Shown here: positions 59,418 through 64,000 of the stretch, in pieces | How the letters are laid out: each line of letters starts with the position of its first letter | How positions within the stretch are numbered: position 1 is the stretch's first letter | Assembly (NCBI GenBank): GCA_019650635.1 | Contig: BOXE01000002.1 | Span: 50,136 to 114,135, forward strand | Length of the DNA stretch: 64,000 bases | Source: Alphaproteobacteria bacterium | GTDB lineage: Bacteria > Pseudomonadota > Alphaproteobacteria > Methylaequorales > Methylaequoraceae | Reading direction: 5' to 3' | The notes under the pieces: generated by a model | Databases searched by the model: none | Seen by the model: only the letters and a program-made list of their open reading frames with translations | What the model was told of the DNA's origin: nothing | Position numbers and translations under genes: made by a program

Positions 59418-62400
59418 TAAACTGCCTCTTTCAAGTTTATTTTTTCAAAATCTACAGAAACAATATCAGAAATTCCTTTTTGTGCCATCGTTACCCCATA
59501 AACTCTGTCAATTGAAGTCATTGTTATTTTATGGTGAGTTATAATAAGAAACTTTGTCTTTGTATTCTTTTTTAATTCTAAAAGAATATTACAAAACTTT
59601 TCAACATTATTTTCATCTAATGCTGCATCAACTTCATCTAAAATACAAATTGGTGAAGGGTTGATCAAGAAAATTGAAAATATTAGAGAAATTGCTGTGA
59701 GTGCTTTTTCTCCCCCAGACAGCAAGCTTATAGATGACAGTTTTTTTCCAGGTGGTCTCGCGTAAATCTCGATGCCAGTTTGGAGTGGATCGTCAGTTTT
59801 GACAAGCTCAAGTTTGGCCTCTCCACCATTAAATAATTTTTTAAAAAGTTCTGAAAAATTTTTGTTTACCTCTTCATATGCTTTTAAAAGTCTATTTTTT
59901 CCTTCATTATTGATTTTATTTATTGCTAACCTTAATTTCTCAATTGCTTGAATCAAATCTAGTTTTTCCATTTCAAGTTCGTCTATTGATTGCGAAATGA
60001 TTTTTTCTTCTGTTTTTGCTCTTAGATTCACAGGTCCCATTTGTTCCCTTTGACTAATAAGTCTATCAAGCTTAATTTTTAAATCTTCATAGCTGGTGAT
60101 TTCAATTTGTTTTTCTTTTAGATTATTTTCAAATTCCTCTGGTTGAATTTTAGATCTCTGAAATATAGTACTTCTAAGTTCTTTCTCCTTAATTTTTAAG
60201 TTTTCTAAATTAATATCAATCTTTGTTATTTCATTAATTTTATTTTCACGTTCTTTATTAAATTGTTCTATTTTTTTTTCTAAATTGAAAATAAATCCTT
60301 TAGTTTCATTTTCATTGCTAATAGTTTGTGTAATTTCTTTTTGGACTTCGTTAAATTGTCCTTGATAATGATTGATTTTCTCCCTTAAATCATTGGGAAG
60401 GTTTTCCAACTTTTTATTTTCACGGATATAATTTATTTCTCTCTTTTCGAGCATCTCAATTTGTCTTAAGCATTCAGTTATTCTAACCTCAGTTTTTTGA
60501 AGATCATTTTTGTGAAAACTTTCATTCAGTTCTTCCTTCATTATGGATTCTTTTATTAAATTGATTTCCTCTCTTTTCTTATCTAGTTGTTGATCAAGAT
60601 TTTGTATGGTTTTTTGCACTTCTTCTTTTTCATTTTTATTGTTATCAAGCTTTGGAGAAGAAACTTCCATAGACTTAATTTTTTCTAATTCTTTAGAAGA
60701 CAATCTTTCTTCTTTAATATGTAAATCTATTTTTTCTTTTATGTCTTTAATATTAAATTCCAATAGTGATTTTTTTTGAATTAATGTTGAAAATTCTGAT
60801 TGAGTTGCGTCGTATTCTCTGTAATTCTTTTCAAGATCAATATTTTCTTTTTTTAATGTTTCATTCAATTCACTTTGAACTTTTAGTTGAGACTCTTTTT
60901 TTAATCTGAGTGAATTGAGACTTATACGAAATTTATTTTGTTGATTAACAAGTTCTTTTATTTTAAGTTGTGCATCAATCAGATTCTTATTTTGTTGATT
61001 TTCTTCTGATATAAATCCATCCCACCTCCACATAGATCCTTTCTTATCAACTATGCTTTGGCCAACTTTGAGATTTTTTTGTTTTTCAGATGCTTCTTTT
61101 GAATCCTCTACCAAACTAATCTGAGAGAGGATTAAATTTAATTCTTTTGGGCTTTCAACAAAGTTCGATAAATTATTCTCAATAGGATCGATGTTTTTAA
61201 ATGAGGTTTTAATCCATCTTTTTTTGGATTTTTTTAAAGTTGCATCTAATTCATTTGTGAGAGCAGCATAAACAGCATCTTCGTATCCTTTCTTTATTTT
61301 TAGAAGATTAACTATGGAATCGTCTGACAACCCCTTGCTACTTGTGAGTAGGTTAAGTGTTTTGAGCTCTGTTTCAATTTGAGTAAGCTTGGTAGAAGAA
61401 ATATCAATTTCAGCCAATACCTCTTTATTATTTTCATAAACCTTTTGGGTGTTTTGATTTGTTTGATTAATAACTTTTTTTCTTCTGCTAATAAGGTCTT
61501 GAATGCCTTGAATCTTATTTTTTAATTTTTTGATTAGTTGATCTTGAGTGTGAAAATCCTTTTCGTACTTAATGAGATTTTTTTTTAAATCAACAATTGT
61601 AACCTGGATAAGATTAATTTTCTTTTTAAGATTTTCTTTATTTTCTTTTATATTATCAAATTTAAATTCCTCTCCAAGACTTAGTTGAATTTCGTTAACA
61701 AAAATTGTTTCAAGTTGTTTGATTTTATTTTTAAGCTCTGTTTCCTGATTAATAAGTTGAAGGATTTTTTTCTTCTTTTCATTGATTTTTGATGGTTCTG
61801 AAATTTGTTGTTGAAGGTTTTTTTTGTTTTTTTCTAATTCTGAAACCCTGGTCTTTTCTAATTCCTTATCATTTTCAATAGTTTTTAAAAATCTATTTAT
61901 CTCCTCTTTTTTATTATTTATTCCACTTAGTTCATTATTATACTTATTGATTTCAGTCCTTATTTGAAAGTTTTTTTTATTAAGACTTTCTTTTTTTTGA
62001 TCAAGTTGTGTTTCAATTTTTTTCTTTAAATTTAATTCATTTTGAAATTTAGCAAGTTCATTAATACATTTCTGAGTTTCTTCAGAGATTTTATCCTTAA
62101 AAGATTGTTTTTGATCTATCTCGCTTATATTATTCTTCCATTGTGTATATACTATTATTGATTGGTAAAATTTAATACTTTCAGAGATTTGCTCATATTT
62201 TTCTGCTTGTCTTGATTGTCTTGAAAGATCTTTTTTTTGATTGATCAAATTATTGAGATTTAGATCAATTTTTTCTAGGTTTATTTCAGTGGCCTGAAGT
62301 TTCAATTCTGACTCGTGTCTTCTTGATTGTAAACCAGATGTTCCTGCTGCATCTTCCAATATTACTTTCCTATCAATGGGTTTCGAATTAATAATTTGAT

Positions 62401-62850
62401 CTATATTCCCTTGACTGATGATTGAGCTAGAACGTGGGCCACTTCCTGAATCATAAAATAAGATACTTACATCTTTAGCTCTGACTTCTTTATTGTTAAT
62501 TTTATAAAATGATCCAACCCCCCTTTCTAATGTTCTTGTAATAACGACCTTTTTTCATTTGAAATATTTCCTGGAAGTTCTCCATCAAAATTATCTAATT
62601 CAATCGATACCTCTGCGAAATTTTTAGCTGGAACTTGCTGAGTGCCATTAAATATAACTTCATCCATTGAATTGGATCTTAGACTTTTTGAAGAAGATTC
62701 ACCCATGACCCAACGAATTGCCTCAAAAACATTTGATTTTCCACATCCATTTGGCCCTACGACACCTGTTACACCGTCTTGAATCAGAAGTTCAGTAGAA
62801 TGTGCAAATGATTTAAAACCAGAAATTCTTAATTTATTTACTGTGAACAA
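59417..62850 (-). CDS. smc: chromosome segregation protein SMC, split by a frameshift at the T6 run 62550-62555
   Basis: The N-terminal ORF has Walker A GPNGCGKSNVFEAIRWVMGE. The C-terminal ORF has LSGGEKALTAISL and ILDEVDAALD. Adding one A (minus strand) reads ...NEKKVVITRTLERGVGSFYKINNKEVRAKDV...KVILEDAAGTSG, joining both. Span is 3434 nt (3n+2). Confidence 0.92.
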
Positions 62851-62854
62851 TTTG

Positions 62855-63463
62855 CTAATTAATTAAAGAGTCAAGTTTTAGTTTAAGTGCTTCAAATGTA
62901 AGATCTCCATTATATTTTTTACCATTAATATAAATTGTTGGAGTTGCTTTGATTTCAAAATTCTTGGTTGAATTTAGTCTTTTTTTCAAGATACCGTCTT
63001 CAATTGATTTGTTACTAACACAGACTTTAATTTCATCATTCTTTAGACCACCTAACTTTGCAATCTTTAATAAAGATTTAAAAGGATCTTGGGATCTAGT
63101 CCAATCTTTTTGTTTTTTATATAAAACTTTTAAAAAACTAAAATATTTGTCTTTACCTGAACATCTTGCAATTACGGATGCTTTTAGAGCAAATTTATCG
63201 AGAGGAAAATCTTGATAAGTAAAAAAAATTTTACCATTGTCTATATAATTTTTTTTTATTCTAGGAAACACTTCATTATGAAATTTCGCACAATGTCCAC
63301 ATGTCAGTGATGCAAACTCTATCATTTTAATTGGAGCAGACTCGTCGCCAAGAGATTGATTTTCAAGTGCCTCAATTGTATCAACAATTCTAGAATTTAG
63401 ATCATTGAAAGAAAACAAAAAAACAAAAAAGAAAAGAAATTTGATATAAAAAGATGTTTTCAT
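62855..63463 (-). CDS. DsbA-family thiol:disulfide oxidoreductase
   Basis: 202 aa with a signal sequence and the CGHC active site. Confidence 0.85.
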   Translation of the reverse strand: MKTSFYIKFLFFFVFLFSFNDLNSRIVDTIEALENQSLGDESAPIKMIEFASLTCGHCAKFHNEVFPRIKKNYIDNGKIFFTYQDFPLDKFALKASVIARCSGKDKYFSFLKVLYKKQKDWTRSQDPFKSLLKIAKLGGLKNDEIKVCVSNKSIEDGILKKRLNSTKNFEIKATPTIYINGKKYNGDLTFEALKLKLDSLIN

Positions 63464-63488
63464 TATAAAATATTTTTAACATAAATCT

Positions 63489-63815
63489 TTAATTTTGTAA
63501 GGATTTTTTAAACTTAATTTCATTTACAACAGTTGTTTTAAAAAACTCATTAATTTGCATTTTTATTTCATCAGAAGAGTAAGATAATTCAAGAATATTC
63601 CTTTCGTTTGTAGTAATTATAAGGATTTTTGAATTATTTATTTTTTTTAATGAAGAAGCAAAACAACGAGAACTTAACTCTGGCTTAAGAATTTTTTCCC
63701 AGTTTAGCTTAATTTCTAGCAATAACCCATCATTTTTTTTTTTTAAAGGCTTGAAAACTTTAGGTAAAAGGGTTGAAATTTTTACTGGATTTTTAATATA
63801 ATTTTTATGATTCAT
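63489..63815 (-). CDS. DUF721-like small protein
   Basis: 108 aa, divergent from mutY as DUF721 genes commonly are in alphaproteobacteria. Sequence-level support is weak. Confidence 0.45.
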   Translation of the reverse strand: MNHKNYIKNPVKISTLLPKVFKPLKKKNDGLLLEIKLNWEKILKPELSSRCFASSLKKINNSKILIITTNERNILELSYSSDEIKMQINEFFKTTVVNEIKFKKSLQN

Positions 63816-63816
63816 A

Positions 63817-64000
63817 ATGAAAGAATATCACATAGATAAAATTTTTAAGAGTAGGTGGGGAAAAAAAATGCTCGATTGGTATTCAATCAATAAAAGAGAT
63901 CTTCCTTGGCGAAGAAAGGAAAATAAAAATTTTTATAGAATCTGGATTTCAGAAATAATGCTTCAGCAAACTCAAGTTTCTGTAGTTATTCCTTATTATA
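63817..64000 (+). CDS. mutY: A/G-specific adenine glycosylase, first 61 codons (runs off the window end)
   Basis: Hand translation gives [61 protein letters not shown], with the typical R.LPWR...[15 protein letters not shown] motif. Confidence 0.88.
   Translation, partial: MKEYHIDKIFKSRWGKKMLDWYSINKRDLPWRRKENKNFYRIWISEIMLQQTQVSVVIPYY

Overview
This 64 kb window is very AT-rich and extremely gene-dense. It reads as core chromosome of a streamlined marine alphaproteobacterium, SAR11/Pelagibacterales-like. That assignment rests on composition, near-zero intergenic spacers and alphaproteobacterial synteny, not on a database search.

I can support about 72 protein-coding genes, almost all housekeeping:
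- sdhCDAB, preceded by asd, leuBDC and a MaoC-type gene
- the rpsP-rimM-trmD-rplS ribosomal operon, and ffh
- dapF-mtaB-ftsY, and ribF-ileS-lspA
- an M16 peptidase pair, pgi, mutL, purD and xseA
- an LPS/lipid A block: lpxK, waaA, a DUF374 gene and msbA
- pmbA, tldD, ubiA, gshA
- the aa3 cytochrome oxidase cluster: coxB, coxA, ctaB, a small ORF, ctaG, coxC and SURF1
- thrC, a DsbD-like reductase, a peroxiredoxin, rnhA, thrB
- the F0 ATP synthase operon atpIBEXF, then smc, a dsbA-like gene and the start of mutY

By eye I found no rRNA, tRNA, CRISPR array, transposase, integrase or phage genes, and no obvious accessory island. I do not see support for a new multi-gene biological system here; this looks like ordinary core genome.

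The things worth a second look are:
1. At least a dozen core genes are broken by single-base frameshifts, mostly in homopolymers. These are most likely sequence-quality artefacts.
2. A near-perfect 57-bp tandem repeat (7 full units plus one short unit) encodes a long Pro/Ala/Glu/Lys tail on ribosomal protein S16.
3. A hidden open frame would extend ribosomal protein L19 by about 55 residues.
4. A GC-rich, terminator-like hairpin sits in the ffh leader.
5. An unlisted 29-codon membrane ORF lies between ctaB and ctaG.
6. Two uncharacterised lipoprotein-like genes lie directly downstream of lspA.

All calls come from reading the supplied ORF translations and hand-translating selected stretches. 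No searches or computations were run.
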